From Schmidtea nova (Eukaryota): a stretch of 64,000 bases of DNA. Below, one piece after another: positions 24,775-36,738 of this stretch. Made by a program: the position numbers and the translations under genes. The notes below the pieces were generated by a model. It was not told where the DNA came from and did not search any database. It saw only the letters and a program-made list of their open reading frames with translations. Each line of letters begins with the position of its first letter. The first letter of the stretch is position 1. Where the stretch lies: NCBI GenBank assembly GCA_044892505.1, contig CM097882.1:324198001-324262000 (forward strand), given 5' to 3'.

Positions 24775-25802
24775 TATTGCATTTCTTCGTATTTCTCTTC
24801 GGCTTCACTTGAATAATTTACTTGATAGTTTGCATCTTGATTTCCAATTGCTGCTACCTCTCTTCTATTATACTGATTGTTTTGTTGAAATCGGTCCCTT
24901 TTATTTTGATATAATGCATTGTTCCTTCCATGTTGGCTCATTTTCGGCTTAAATCTTTCTAGGTTTGTATAGCATTCAGTTTCTTTGTGACCTCGTAGAT
25001 GACATCTCCTACACTGGATGTTTGGACATTCTCGGCGTACGTGTCCATATAATCCACATCCAAAACACTGAATCTTCCTCTTTATAGTACATTCCCGGCT
25101 TATATGGCCTGGTTTCTGGCATGTCCAGCATACGACGTTTTTAGTCACTTCCAATGGTTTTGACATCGGAATCACATTTGTCTGTGCAGGTTTTTGAACG
25201 GCATCTCTAAAGCTTTTGACAGGTTTCGGATATGCTATAGGTCGAATGATATTAACATGGCTTATAGCTTTATTCACTTTCTCAACTTTTCTAATTGTGC
25301 TTTTAATTTCTTCTGACGTCTTTAGTTCTTGCATTTCTATTTCTTTTTTAACTTTTTTCTCTCGAGTTCCATTCATAAGCAGGCATTTTTTAATTTCTTC
25401 TTCGTTCCACTCATGTCTTAATAACCTTTTGGTTAATTTCTCCACTTTTTCGATGAATCGGTCTGCTGAATCGGATCCTTGTTCATAATTAAGAGCTTCC
25501 TTTAAGTCGTCAAATAATGATTTTGGTCTCGAAAATGCTGTTCTGAGCTTTTCCTCGAATGTTTTTCCTTCTGCTTTTTCATATTCGTCATATAATGGTT
25601 TATCCAACAGTGTGGTAACCAGAATCATCTGCATTTTGACAGATATCTTCGTAATATTAAAAAACTTTTGACATTCTTTGATGAATTCTTCCAAGTCATC
25701 GTCTCTGTGGAATCTTTCTGGTAACATCCTGCTAATCAATAGGTTTGTTGGCGTGGTCGCCATATTAGCAGCAACGATATCAAAATCATTTTCGGTATCC
25801 AT
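24723..25802 (-). CDS. gag: Gag with three CCHC zinc knuckles
   Basis: CWTCQKPGHISREC, CFGCGLYGHVRREC, CRRCHLRGHKETEC. Confidence 0.92.
   Translation of the reverse strand: MDTENDFDIVAANMATTPTNLLISRMLPERFHRDDDLEEFIKECQKFFNITKISVKMQMILVTTLLDKPLYDEYEKAEGKTFEEKLRTAFSRPKSLFDDLKEALNYEQGSDSADRFIEKVEKLTKRLLRHEWNEEEIKKCLLMNGTREKKVKKEIEMQELKTSEEIKSTIRKVEKVNKAISHVNIIRPIAYPKPVKSFRDAVQKPAQTNVIPMSKPLEVTKNVVCWTCQKPGHISRECTIKRKIQCFGCGLYGHVRRECPNIQCRRCHLRGHKETECYTNLERFKPKMSQHGRNNALYQNKRDRFQQNNQYNRREVAAIGNQDANYQVNYSSEAEEKYEEMQYPNEEAPSQEAMIGAIY
24733..24774 (-). promoter_or_regulatory. Candidate -1 ribosomal frameshift signal
   Basis: C CCA AAC (24774-24768) in the gag frame, 6 nt spacer, then hairpin GCTCC-ATCA...TGAT-C-GGAGC. 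Confidence 0.7.
25753..25762 (-). promoter_or_regulatory. Primer binding site TGGCGACCAC
   Basis: Directly follows the 5' LTR; complementary to a tRNA ending GUGGUCG-CCA (tRNA-Arg-like, unverified). Confidence 0.8.
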
Positions 25803-26087
25803 TAAATAAATAAAATCAACTACAAAATTTATTAAATTTGAAAACTACACTCTTTTCTAGTAATATATAAACAAAAACTTGAAGGCTATTCTTCTTTAAT
25901 TCTGATGTTGATTTAAATGCTGGCTAATTTAAATGCTGGCTAATTTTTAAATAAGAAATAACATATATTTTAAGGTTAATTTAATTAATTAATTTAAGAT
26001 GTTTAAATAAAAATTTATGATATCTGACAAAATACAATTTAAATGTTTATTAGCAATTTTAATTTAAACGTGAATTCTACCCTTTCA
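25763..26087 (-). repeat. 5' LTR of Gypsy element 1
   Basis: Direct repeat of 21018-21342; contains a duplicated TTAAATGCTGGCTAAT block. Confidence 0.95.
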
Positions 26088-26769
26088 AACAAGATTAAGC
26101 AATAACCACGGAAAAACACGAACAAAACAAGTTACCAAAAAACTCAATAAAGATAGCATAAATTCAAAAAAATGTAAAAGTAAATTGTAAAAATTAAAAT
26201 TAAAGTAGTTAAAATTTATGTAAAAGATAAAATTTTGATAAAAATAAAGAATAAAAATTTATTTTAAAAAAATAAACTTATTTCAGTAAAAAGAAAATAT
26301 TTTTTTAATTAAATAGAAAGAAGCTTCTAGAAACTTTTGTTTTACTGCATCAATTTAATTAAAATGTCTCTGAACTTGGAGAAGAAGAACAGCAAAAATT
26401 GAGAAATAAGATAGTTGTTGGTGTTCCATGTGGTGGTCTATTTTTGTCAGTGTCTAGTCATGAATTACTCTTCCATGATCATATGTCCTTGAGTTACCTA
26501 GATTGTCTCGCGTTGGAACTGCATATGTTAGCGCAAATCAAGTTGGTAGGTGAGCGAATTTTGAAAGTAACTTCTCCCAATTTGCACTTGCTACGGGTTC
26601 ACTGACCACCTCGTTGGTCCATCGTTAGGGTTTACATAATCAGTTGTACTATTTCTTTTATCTATTTCTTTTATCGGGACAAGAAAACTAAGGCTGATTT
26701 CATAATACATTTATTGAAATTTTAAATGGGACAATTTTGGCCAAAAAATTAAATTCTGAAAGATTATTC

Positions 26770-27200
26770 AGGGGGTCGACTCTTCTCTCGGGTTGTTGAG
26801 CAAAAGATCGTCTTTGTCGACGGCGTCTAGACCCGATTCGGTTTTTCCTGACTAAAGAGGTTAATTAAGCATGACTGATCTGGATGACCTTGGCTTCATT
26901 AGTCTCTGGTGGTGGAAGTTTGCAGATAATCTCATCGAGCTCATGGTAAGTCGTTATTGTAACGGTACGTACCTATTTGTCTTACGTAATGATTGAATTT
27001 GGGATCTAAGCTGATATTCAATGAACTACTTTAAAACGTGATTTAACCAGTTTTTTTGGATGTCTAATAGCTTGTCGTGCTTAATCAGTCTTCTGAATTT
27101 CCCTCTCTTGATGAGCAACCGTAAGTCTCAGACCTGCAATCACATGGTCTTTTTATCCTACCGTGCTCATGACTTAATTCCTTTTGTAAATACTGTTAGA
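26770..27200 (-). pseudogene. Degenerate ORF-Y copy
   Basis: VAHQEREIQK / VLK*FIEYQLRSQIQ / RKNRIGSRRRRQRRSFA versus VARQTSEIEN / TMKDFLEQQLKPLIQ / RRNRLGAKRRRERRAYA at 39.9-40.3 kb. Confidence 0.65.
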
Positions 27201-27529
27201 GTACGACTCTTTATCCATACAGAAAGATTTTTAATGGAATTTATTTCGGTCGCCTTTAGATGGGTACGAATAGGCGCCACACACGAAGTTTAGTAAGCCT
27301 ATGAATATCCGGAGTGATCAACCCCCTCCTCAAATCTTATACCCTCAATCATACTAACCATGCACACAAAGCAAAATAAAGTCATGAAACTAAGAATAAT
27401 TTAATTAATTCAAAACTTCGCATTTAAACCCAATTCATAGAGGTTGTACGCGGCTGCTGGAAGCAATGAAAATACTTCGTGGGTCCTAATGGTGGAGGCC
27501 CATGAGGGTTCGGTTACTCTTCTTTTAGA

Positions 27530-27720
27530 TGGATGGAGGGCAAAATCGGACTTCGGTTTCTTTGCGTCTGACGTAGAATTCGGGAGGGATTAGGTGTAGA
27601 AACCCAGTCCATTGAATTCCCAGGCGGGAATGTATCCAAAATATAATACTTTTTGAGGTCGGTCTTCATAGTCCTTGAATATTACGAACCCATATGAAAA
27701 CTTATTAGAGTATTCTTTTC
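27530..27720 (-). pseudogene. Degenerate ORF-X copy
   Basis: PQKVLYFGYIPAWEFNGLGF versus PRWIIYFGFIPSRWLNELGF at 60.45 kb. Confidence 0.65.
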
Positions 27721-28539
27721 CAATGGAGACTGGCCATTGGTGACTACAGTGTCACTAAATCCTTTTTTTCACATTATTTGCCCAGATGGAAAAACAGTGC
27801 TCTCGCTATGAATTTTTTTCATCCATCAGTGCAATTTTTAGTATACTGGTTGTGAGATATCATGATGCAAAGGGTTAAGTGGCTCGAGATACTTCAGTTG
27901 CTGGTGGTATTCTTGAGATGTCAGCGCAATATTCAAGCGGATACCCACGTAGCATCATTGTCCATCGATCTATAATCTAAAATGATGAAGTGTTGGATTA
28001 CCTCGAATTAATTGGTACGAAATCTAAGATCAATAGTCACGAATCATAGGTCGTTGGCGCAGTGTCCTGGTGAAATTTCCTATTGATATTTTGAGATTAT
28101 TATAAATGAATGGTGAACTGGCGATCCAGAGTTGAAAAGTAATTAATATTGTCGAAAATTGTGAGCGGATTTTCAGTGGTTACGGATGTTTGTCGGAATT
28201 ATTTGGTGAGATTGGTTAAATCTGCCGTGCTAAGTGAATTGATCAAATCCGATTTCGTGTTCTCGTTTTGCAATTACTACGGTTTTCCAAACTCGCTCTC
28301 TAAGTGAAATATTTTATGGCCCCAAGCGGAATTATCTCTCCACGAGATCAATACTGGAAACACCCTATGTGCAGCTTTAAACCCTTTCTTCAACCTGTTT
28401 GAAAATTTATGAAGTTAATATGTTCGATTTCACTGCGCCCGCATAACTCTGAGAGTAACAACAGAGCGGCTCAACCTCGTGGCTTTTTCCACAAAAGCTG
28501 TCAACTATTTATGAATTTTACGTGGGAAAAACATACATT

Positions 28540-28990
28540 AGGTTTTACTGGAAAAAAAAATAATTTATAGGTATCGCTATAAAATAAAAACAAACAATCT
28601 GCTATTTCTAATGATAAAAATGGACAAGTTATCAGGTTGAGTAAAAAAGAAGTCGTTGTTGTAGTTCTTATTTTGATTTTACCTTCAGTATTTATACTAA
28701 TTTGGTCCGTGGCTTGTCCAATCAAAATCGACCTACCGCCTATTATATAGGTAATTTCCTGTTTATTTATTTTTATATGACTGATATTTTCAGGTATCTG
28801 AAAATATTGCTGAAAGGTTATCAATGAATTAATAAAAAGTACTTTTATTTTACTTTTTAAGATACTATAACATAATGATCTTCCTTTTTTCTTTGTTGAG
28901 AACCATCTTCCACTAGTCTTGTCTCATCAATTCTTCCAAGCATTTATGGTACCCTTCACCATCAGCCAATGCACTTTCTGTCATACATTT
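28540..28990 (-). pseudogene. Possible decayed fragment of an MCRS1-like FHA-domain gene
   Basis: ESALAD...CLEELMRQD*WKMVL, then IIGGRSILIG and EIADCLFLF, in the order of MCRS1 (ELMVAD...LEQELHKWQVLV; IYIDGRPVLCG; EIASLRFVF). By eye only. Confidence 0.35.
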
Positions 28991-31900
28991 CATTCATGCG
29001 TTATGCAAGTAAATAAAGCAACTGTTTTTATGTACTTAACTTTAATTTTATACAAGTGACAAACAGATAATGGTGAAAATAAGGATTTCGCTCTGTAATT
29101 TGATATCACTCACACATGTGCGAAACTTTGAACTAAGTTCGGGACCCCTAAACATCAATTTTCTTTATAATGACTATGTCAAATGATATTACTTGTTCTT
29201 AAGGCAAAGATTAATCGCTGAAATGATATAACTTCGAATTTTATAAAACTTCAGTGCAGAAAAAAATTAACAAAATTTTAGAAGAAAATTATGATTTTAT
29301 CATGAAATTTCACACAAAAGATAAAAAGAACTAATCTTGATCGAAATATAGCAAATTAAATCAAATTGAATAAATTTTGATTCAAAAATAAAAATTTTGG
29401 ATTAAAATAAATTATTTATGGTTTATAAAAAATTAATTCGTAAAAATATTGATTTAATTCGGCGGAAAATTATTAGAATTAAATTAGAGAAATTAAAAAG
29501 AACATTCTAGAACAATTTGTTTTACTGCATTAGTGAAGGTAACACACAATCGATGGTATATATACCGCCATCAAAATGGCAAAGATCAGAATTTGTGGGA
29601 AAAATTTTCTAGAAATTTGAATATTTTTTTTAAAGAATTTTGTCAGAAAGAATTTTTCAGAGTTTGGAATTTGTGTCAGAATTTTTAGCAGAAATTTTGT
29701 CAGAATTTTAATTTCGTATTGGAGAAAAGGCACCGATCCCGGAAAACGAGAATAAAAACTAGAACTTTGTCAGAATTTTTTGAGAAGATATTTTTGAATT
29801 TATTGGAGAAAATTCCTGAAGAGGCTAATAAAGGAAATGTAAGAGTTGTTTTTTTAATATATTTTTCAAGGGCTTGGGATCATCGATCATCATACCTGAC
29901 GATCATCCCATGCCTCGCGTTTTGTTGATTAATATTTTATTTTATTTATTTCAATTCGATGTTAATATATTATTATGTTATCCTTAATATAAAAATATAA
30001 TTCATATTCTATTCAATTTCGTTTTAATATTTTTTCTATTACTGTCATAATTTTTTTTTCCATATCATCTGACAATTCGTCCAGCCTCGTGTTGTGCAGA
30101 TTTGTTAGTAGCCTGGGTGGATCGTTGTTCGATTGGTAATCGGCCAGCCAATTTGTCCACCTTAAGGTGAGGCTCATACATCCATAATCACGTCATCCCA
30201 ACTGGGGAATCGTGGTATGGCCAAGAACAAGGATTTTTTATATTAATGATTTTTATTATAATATAGTAGAGTATTTAGACTACATTACATGAGTAATTCG
30301 TAACATAACATAAATTCGTCCAGCTCATGTCTTGAGATCTAAAATAGGCACTATCTTACTAAATAAAATCGACTCGCACCCACCTTCGCCTTCTCAGAAA
30401 TTTTCTCATCTTATTGGAATCCATTATATGTGAAATTAGAAATCAATAAAAATTGCTCAATCGAAAACTATTTATTAAAAAATGAAATAGGTGAAAGAAC
30501 GACGAATTATTAACTGAAAGGTTATGATTTTATATGAATTTTAGGCAAAGAACTCGAACTCGTCGAAAATTTTGACGAAGAATATTATTAAAAAATTAAT
30601 CTTTTATATGAATTTCTATCTTATTTAATTTATGAAAAATTTAATTTTTACATTTTTGCATATTTAGTTTTATGTACTTGATCTTAGCATGAAAATTATT
30701 TATTTGATTTTGTATAAAATTTATAACGGATAAAGAAAAAAATGGGATTATAAAATCAAGTCAACAACTGAAAAAGATCTATAAAAAGAATTGATAAAAT
30801 ATAAACTTCGAAACTTCAATATTATTATAATTTTAATATAGAATATTATTTCATATATTAATCCCATAGAATACGAATTAAGGGAAAAATTCTAATTCTA
30901 CATATATATTTATACACTTATAATATAAAAAATTCAAGCTTAGAATTTTACTATAAAATTTTTATTAAACTGATATATAATTATAGACTTGAAATTTTAA
31001 AAAATTATTATTATTATTTTAGAAATTAAAAAATTTTTATTATTAATATTTTGATTTAGGAATTATTTTATATACCACAGCTATAATTACTTATAGAATA
31101 CCCCTTAATATTACATACAACCATATATTGTTATCTTAATTTAGAAATTATAAAAATTTATTATTATTATTTTAATTTAGAAATTATAAAAATTTATATT
31201 TTTATTTTAATTCAGAAATTAATTTATATATTATGTCTATATTATTTATAAAATACCCCCTAAAATCACATACAACCCTATTTGCAAATCATAACACCCA
31301 TAACATTCAATAAAATCATCCATACATAACACCACACAAAAGTCCATTCATTTAACAATACACACACACCACACCGTATCACTCAATAACATTCATTAGC
31401 AACATACACCCAAACAATTCATACAAAAAATCTGCACAGTTAGTTTATTTAGCATCATACATCCAGTCAAACTCACAAGCACTCAATTGTTTTCAGTCAC
31501 CCATCATAAAATCGCACGCAAACACGATAATAATAATATCAGCCAAAACTATAATAATTTTACACACAATCATTCTATCTCACCTCACTCATCAATAAAT
31601 TATTTGTTTTCCATTCAACATTCCAATCAACATACAAACACATAAAATTGCATTTAATCACCTACCGGTATCACAACGAATTCATAATAACCCATAAAAA
31701 TCTCGAAAGATATAAATTCGGAAATTTCTACACCTTCCTTCATCAATTCACCTTCCATCTCATCCCTCAATGCATCACATACGACCTTCACATCCAGATA
31801 GTCTCGGTGAAATGCCAGCTATCTTACACCATTCACAAACCATCCATAATGTAACATATCCATTCTACGGTGCTTTATTCAAAGGGTGCTAATTCGATCG

Positions 31901-33197
31901 ATAGTTAGATCTTCATATGCTTAAAATTAGAAAACGTATTTTAATGACAAATTTTTTTTTAAAAAAATATCTATCTCAACATTCGTAATGTGATCTAAGT
32001 TGGATTGCATCAACCCATAATAGCTAAGAAATAGTTGCACCATGTTATAAAGAAAAATATGGAAGGGGAAAACGAAAAGAAGATTTGCAAAATTTTTATT
32101 AAATATCATCAAATAATAACAAAAAGAAAATTTACAAAATTTTATTAAATCTTATAAAACAACAACAAAATGCATTTACCCAACTTTTGTTTCAGATTCA
32201 TGAAAGTTATGAATAAATCACCTCTAAATAGGTAGACATAATGAAGAGGGTGAGAAAATTAGTTCCAATCCGGGGGAAAATAACGATTTCGACCCTGCAT
32301 AGACAAGAGCCATAGCAAACTATAGAGTTGATGATTGCAAAGGATTGATGATTTTCTTCGATAAATCGAGCGAGAGAGTGCTCAAGATATATAATTCCAC
32401 CCTCTAGAAGAGTAGAGGCAAAGTATAGGAAAATTAGATCAAAATTTCTTTAGTATTATTGAAATAAATTGGAGTTCGCATTTTGAGGACGATAAAAATT
32501 GGAGAGACATGCTTCACCAACTCTCCGTATCTGTGGTGGTCATGTAATATCTCTGGACTCGGATTAGTATTAAATAATCCCTATATAAGAAGTAAAAATT
32601 TAAATTACAAAAATAAAAATTAATTACTAGTTAGCATATTCCAATTTCTTTCATCTGGGAATCTGAATTCTAAATATAGAATTGCATGAATAAATAATTT
32701 AATATAATAATTAAAAATTACATGATGTAAATGGACCAATAATAATTGAGGCTTTTTGCTTCCCCGTTTATATAGTTTTCTTTTTTTACGGGGGAGTGGC
32801 GTCGTTTTCGCGGGTGTCCTGATTCGATTTGAATTTCCTAAAATAAAATTAAATTTAGAATTAGAAAATATAAGAAATATTCGGAATTAAAAGATATTAA
32901 TAAAACCAAATTCACTTAATATTTAGGCAGTTTATATTGATACTGTTGCCAATGCCTCGGGGAGAATTTAAATATAAATTTATTAAAAATTTTAAAATAA
33001 AATTTATAAATTTCCATAAGAATAGCAAGATAGACACTAGGTGTAATGTTTATAATACAATATAAATATTTGATAGGATGTTTAAATTGTAAAATAAAAC
33101 ATTTTATAAAAAAATTGTTTAAATAAGAAGAATAAACGATTGACAGAAAATTTGAATATTAATATAATTTGATTATCGTATTATTTTAGTTTTTAAT

Positions 33198-33994
33198 ATG
33201 TCAGAAACCCACAACAATGGCGACCACGCGATTTCACGAATCGGAATAAAGGCTCCGACGTTCTACTACTCACAGCCTTCAACGTGGTTCCTACAAATGG
33301 AATCTCAATTTTGCATTGCGTCCATCAGCAACGACGTAACAAAATTCCATCACGTCTAGTCAGTACTGCCAGAGGACGTAGCCACGTCGATCCCAGAAGA
33401 AATAACGTCGCAAATGTCTTATGAAAGTTTAAAATATTACATAATTAAGAGTAAACAAAAGTCCAAAGGAGATGCAATCGATGCTGCTTTAGCAGACGTA
33501 TTACTAAACGATTTGAAACCATCTCAATTATTCAGAAAAATGGAAATTTACATGCGAGATGCTGGAATTAATCACGAACCTTTAATTCGACACAAGTTTA
33601 TGAAGTCTTTACCTGATAATTTAAGAGCTTCATTGGCATGCCACATAGAAAAGCCTCTTAAAGAATTCATCAAATTGGCGGATTCTATTCATGAATATTC
33701 TCCAAAAACCGTCAATGCAATTTCAAATATACCGATGAGAGTTCAATAACAGAGACATTAACAGAATTACGAAATGAAATCAATCTGTTAAAACAAAAAT
33801 ATCATAATTCTAATAGAAATTTTAACATAAAATATTGTTACTTTCACAATAGGTTCGGAAAAATGGCAAAGAAATGTATTACTTTGGCAGATGGTTCAAG
33901 ATGCCTATACAATATTTCGGGAAACGGGAAAGCACTTTCAAATTTATCACCGCGAAAGTGCACGAGAAAGAACGGTGTGAAATATCGTCAATAA
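33198..33994 (+). pseudogene. gag: Gag, CsRn1 type, with a stop (33357-33359) and a frameshift (~33728)
   Basis: IKAPTFYYSQPSTWFLQMESQF...TKFHHV*SVLP and the CHCC-type motif [14 protein letters not shown]. Confidence 0.85.
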
Positions 33995-36738
33995 AAATAG
34001 ATTCTAACGGTATACAGTTCTTAATCGACACAGGCGCTACTGTCTCTTGCCTTCCGTCAAATCAATTCAAACCAACCGAACAATGTTCCATTCAACTTTC
34101 AGCAGCAAATGGGACATCAATTCAATGCAATGGCAACAGAGATATGCAAATAGTCATTAATGACAAAATTTATAAATGGCAGTTTCATGTTTGCAATGTA
34201 TCGCAGCCCATTATTGGCGATGACTTTTTGTCCCATTTCGGATTTTTAATCGACTACAAAACGAATGAGTTTAGTACCGATACTGAACAGAAACATGCCA
34301 GCAATAATATTAACTCAATACAAAGTGCCAACATTTGTCACGAAATCAATTTGAATGGTAACCCAAAGTCTAATGAGTTTCGACGACTCTATGGAGATAA
34401 ACTTAAAGCAGCAAAGCTTTGGTTTGACAAATTGTTGCAAGATGGTAAATGCAGACCATCAAACTCGCCAATATCTTCACCACTAGTAGTAGTCAATAAC
34501 AATAAGTCCATAATTTGCGGTGATTATCGTGAGCTCAATAAATTTACTATACAGGACAAATACCCCATTCCAAGAATCGATGATATCTTTCATATAGTGA
34601 AGGACAAAGTATATTTTTCAACGATTGACCTAGAGAAAGCTTTTCTTCAGGTACCAATAAAAGAAGATGATATCCACAAGACGGCAGTTACTACGCCATT
34701 TGGAATGTTCGAGTTTTTATTTATGCCCTTCGGATTACGGAACGCTCCCGCGACATTTCAACGATTAATGGACAACATACTAAGGCCGTGTCCGTTTGCA
34801 GTTGCTTATCTTGACGATATTATCGTTGCCTCGCGTACAAGAGAAGAACATGAAGACCATCTTCGTATTATTTTCGAGGCGCTCAAAAATTCAAATCTTA
34901 AAACGAACATAGAGAAATGTCAACTGAACAAGGAAGAGGTTGATTTCTTGGGCCACCATATTTCAAAAAATGGAATATCGCCAATAAGAAGTAAGGTGCA
35001 AGCAATCCAAGAATACGATAAGCCCACTACGCTTAAACAATTGAGGCGATTCTGCGGCATGGTAAATTTTTATAACCGATTTATTAAAAACGCAGCCCAT
35101 GTCATGTCACCACTGTACGATCAAATAAAAAGGAAAAGTGCCAAAATCCGATGGACCGATGATGTTACCGAAGCATTCAACAATACCAAAGAAGTACTCA
35201 TGCATGCAACTCAGCTTAGCATTTTTGACGATTCCAGTCCAGCTTGCATACGGACAGATGCATCCGGCGAAATTATTGCAGCTGTTTTGGAAAAAAAGGG
35301 TAAACCTATAGCATTTTTTAGTAAACACCTTTCAGATTGCGAGAAAAAGTATAGCACATACGACAGAGAACTCCTCGCAGTATACCGGGCAATCAAACAT
35401 TTCCGATACTATATGGAAGCAGTTACCTTTACAGTTTATACGGACCATCGTCCGCTGACACATAGTCAGCCAAAGGAACCGTCTCATAGGCAATGGAAAC
35501 AGCTACAATATATATCAGAATTTAACTGTACTTTGGAATATTGTCCCGGAGTTAAAAATACCGTTGCTGACGCACTATCAAGATCAACTATCCTACAAGT
35601 CGATCTCAAAAGCAATAACACGTTTCCTTGGTCCACTGACGTAATTCTGAAGAAACAAAGAGACGAACTACAACACGATGCCGAGGAAATCCTTCTAAAT
35701 AACAGTAGACTGGTACTGCCACCATCTCTCCGCAAAGAAACATTTCAGAACATTCATAATCCGGCTCACCCAGGTTCAAAAAGAACAATATATCTAATAG
35801 GGCGATCTTACGTGTGGCATCAAATGGCCAAAGACATAAAGAAATGGTGTCTCGAATGCGATGCGTGCTCTAAAGCTAAGATCTATAAACACACAAAATC
35901 TAGAATACAGCCGTTACCTGCTGCCGGAAGGTTTTGCTCCTTACACATAGATATAGTAGGTCCGTTGAAAACTATCAAGAATAAATCATACATACTGACG
36001 ATGATTGACAGACAAACATCATGGCCGGAAGCTATTCCAATTTCAAATATAAATGCAGAAACAATTGCAAAAACATTACTAGACGTTTGGATTACAAGAT
36101 TCGGACTGCCAACAGAAATTGTTTCAGATAGAGGAACACAGTTCACTGGCGCAATCTTTCAGGAACTGTGTAAACACATGGGAATTAAAAGTATCCACAC
36201 GACGGCTTACCACCAACAAGCAAACGGGAAGGTGGAAAGATTCCACCGAAATATGAAAGCTTCACTAATGGCATCATCAACAAGTGCTCGACAAAGTTGG
36301 TTACAAAATCTTCCTACAATCATGATGTATTTGAGAAACTGTCCAGACGACTCGGGTTATTCGCCAGCACAGATGGTATTCGGAGCAGATCTAGCACTCC
36401 CAGGTTTTATCTTTCACAAACCGGAAAACTCAACGCCAGAAATAATAAAATCTATAAGCGAAGGAATACAACAATATAAGAAACAGCCGATCGTTTTCGA
36501 ATCCAAGGTGCCACCATCACTTGAGAAAGCGGAATACGTCTATATTCGAAAAGAAGTAAAAAAATCGTTAGAAGTTCCATATTCGGGTCCCTACAAGATT
36601 ATTCACAAGGAACCGAAGTTTTTCAAGCTAGAAAACGGTGAAACCGTTTCAGTGGACCGACTGAAGGCCGCCTACCCGGTATTCGACGCGACGCCGGATC
36701 TGGGTGGAGAGAATTGTAATGTTTATAATACAATTTAA
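33874..36738 (+). CDS. pol: Pol (protease, RT, RNase H, integrase)
   Basis: LIDTGA, YLDD, RTDAS...RELLA, HNPAH...[24 protein letters not shown]; stop lies inside the 3' LTR. Confidence 0.95.
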   Translation: MYYFGRWFKMPIQYFGKRESTFKFITAKVHEKERCEISSIKIDSNGIQFLIDTGATVSCLPSNQFKPTEQCSIQLSAANGTSIQCNGNRDMQIVINDKIYKWQFHVCNVSQPIIGDDFLSHFGFLIDYKTNEFSTDTEQKHASNNINSIQSANICHEINLNGNPKSNEFRRLYGDKLKAAKLWFDKLLQDGKCRPSNSPISSPLVVVNNNKSIICGDYRELNKFTIQDKYPIPRIDDIFHIVKDKVYFSTIDLEKAFLQVPIKEDDIHKTAVTTPFGMFEFLFMPFGLRNAPATFQRLMDNILRPCPFAVAYLDDIIVASRTREEHEDHLRIIFEALKNSNLKTNIEKCQLNKEEVDFLGHHISKNGISPIRSKVQAIQEYDKPTTLKQLRRFCGMVNFYNRFIKNAAHVMSPLYDQIKRKSAKIRWTDDVTEAFNNTKEVLMHATQLSIFDDSSPACIRTDASGEIIAAVLEKKGKPIAFFSKHLSDCEKKYSTYDRELLAVYRAIKHFRYYMEAVTFTVYTDHRPLTHSQPKEPSHRQWKQLQYISEFNCTLEYCPGVKNTVADALSRSTILQVDLKSNNTFPWSTDVILKKQRDELQHDAEEILLNNSRLVLPPSLRKETFQNIHNPAHPGSKRTIYLIGRSYVWHQMAKDIKKWCLECDACSKAKIYKHTKSRIQPLPAAGRFCSLHIDIVGPLKTIKNKSYILTMIDRQTSWPEAIPISNINAETIAKTLLDVWITRFGLPTEIVSDRGTQFTGAIFQELCKHMGIKSIHTTAYHQQANGKVERFHRNMKASLMASSTSARQSWLQNLPTIMMYLRNCPDDSGYSPAQMVFGADLALPGFIFHKPENSTPEIIKSISEGIQQYKKQPIVFESKVPPSLEKAEYVYIRKEVKKSLEVPYSGPYKIIHKEPKFFKLENGETVSVDRLKAAYPVFDATPDLGGENCNVYNTI
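33919..33961 (+). promoter_or_regulatory. Candidate -1 ribosomal frameshift signal
   Basis: G GGA AAC (33919-33925), 6 nt spacer, perfect 8 bp stem GCACTTTC (33932-33939) / GAAAGTGC (33954-33961). Confidence 0.75.

Larger units (their letters stand above)
21018..26087 (-). mobile_element. Intact Ty3/Gypsy LTR retrotransposon, 5070 bp
   Basis: 325 bp LTRs (21018-21342, 25763-26087) in which I see no difference; 5 bp TSD AACAA (21013-21017, 26088-26092); PBS TGGCGACCAC abutting the 5' LTR; PPT GAAGGGGGA before the 3' LTR; open gag and pol. Confidence 0.95.

Noticed and set aside
21476-25488. Plus-strand ORFs inside Gypsy element 1
   Set aside because: Antisense shadows of gag/pol
35107-36479. 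Small ORFs inside Gypsy element 2
   Set aside because: Antisense or alternate-frame shadows of pol
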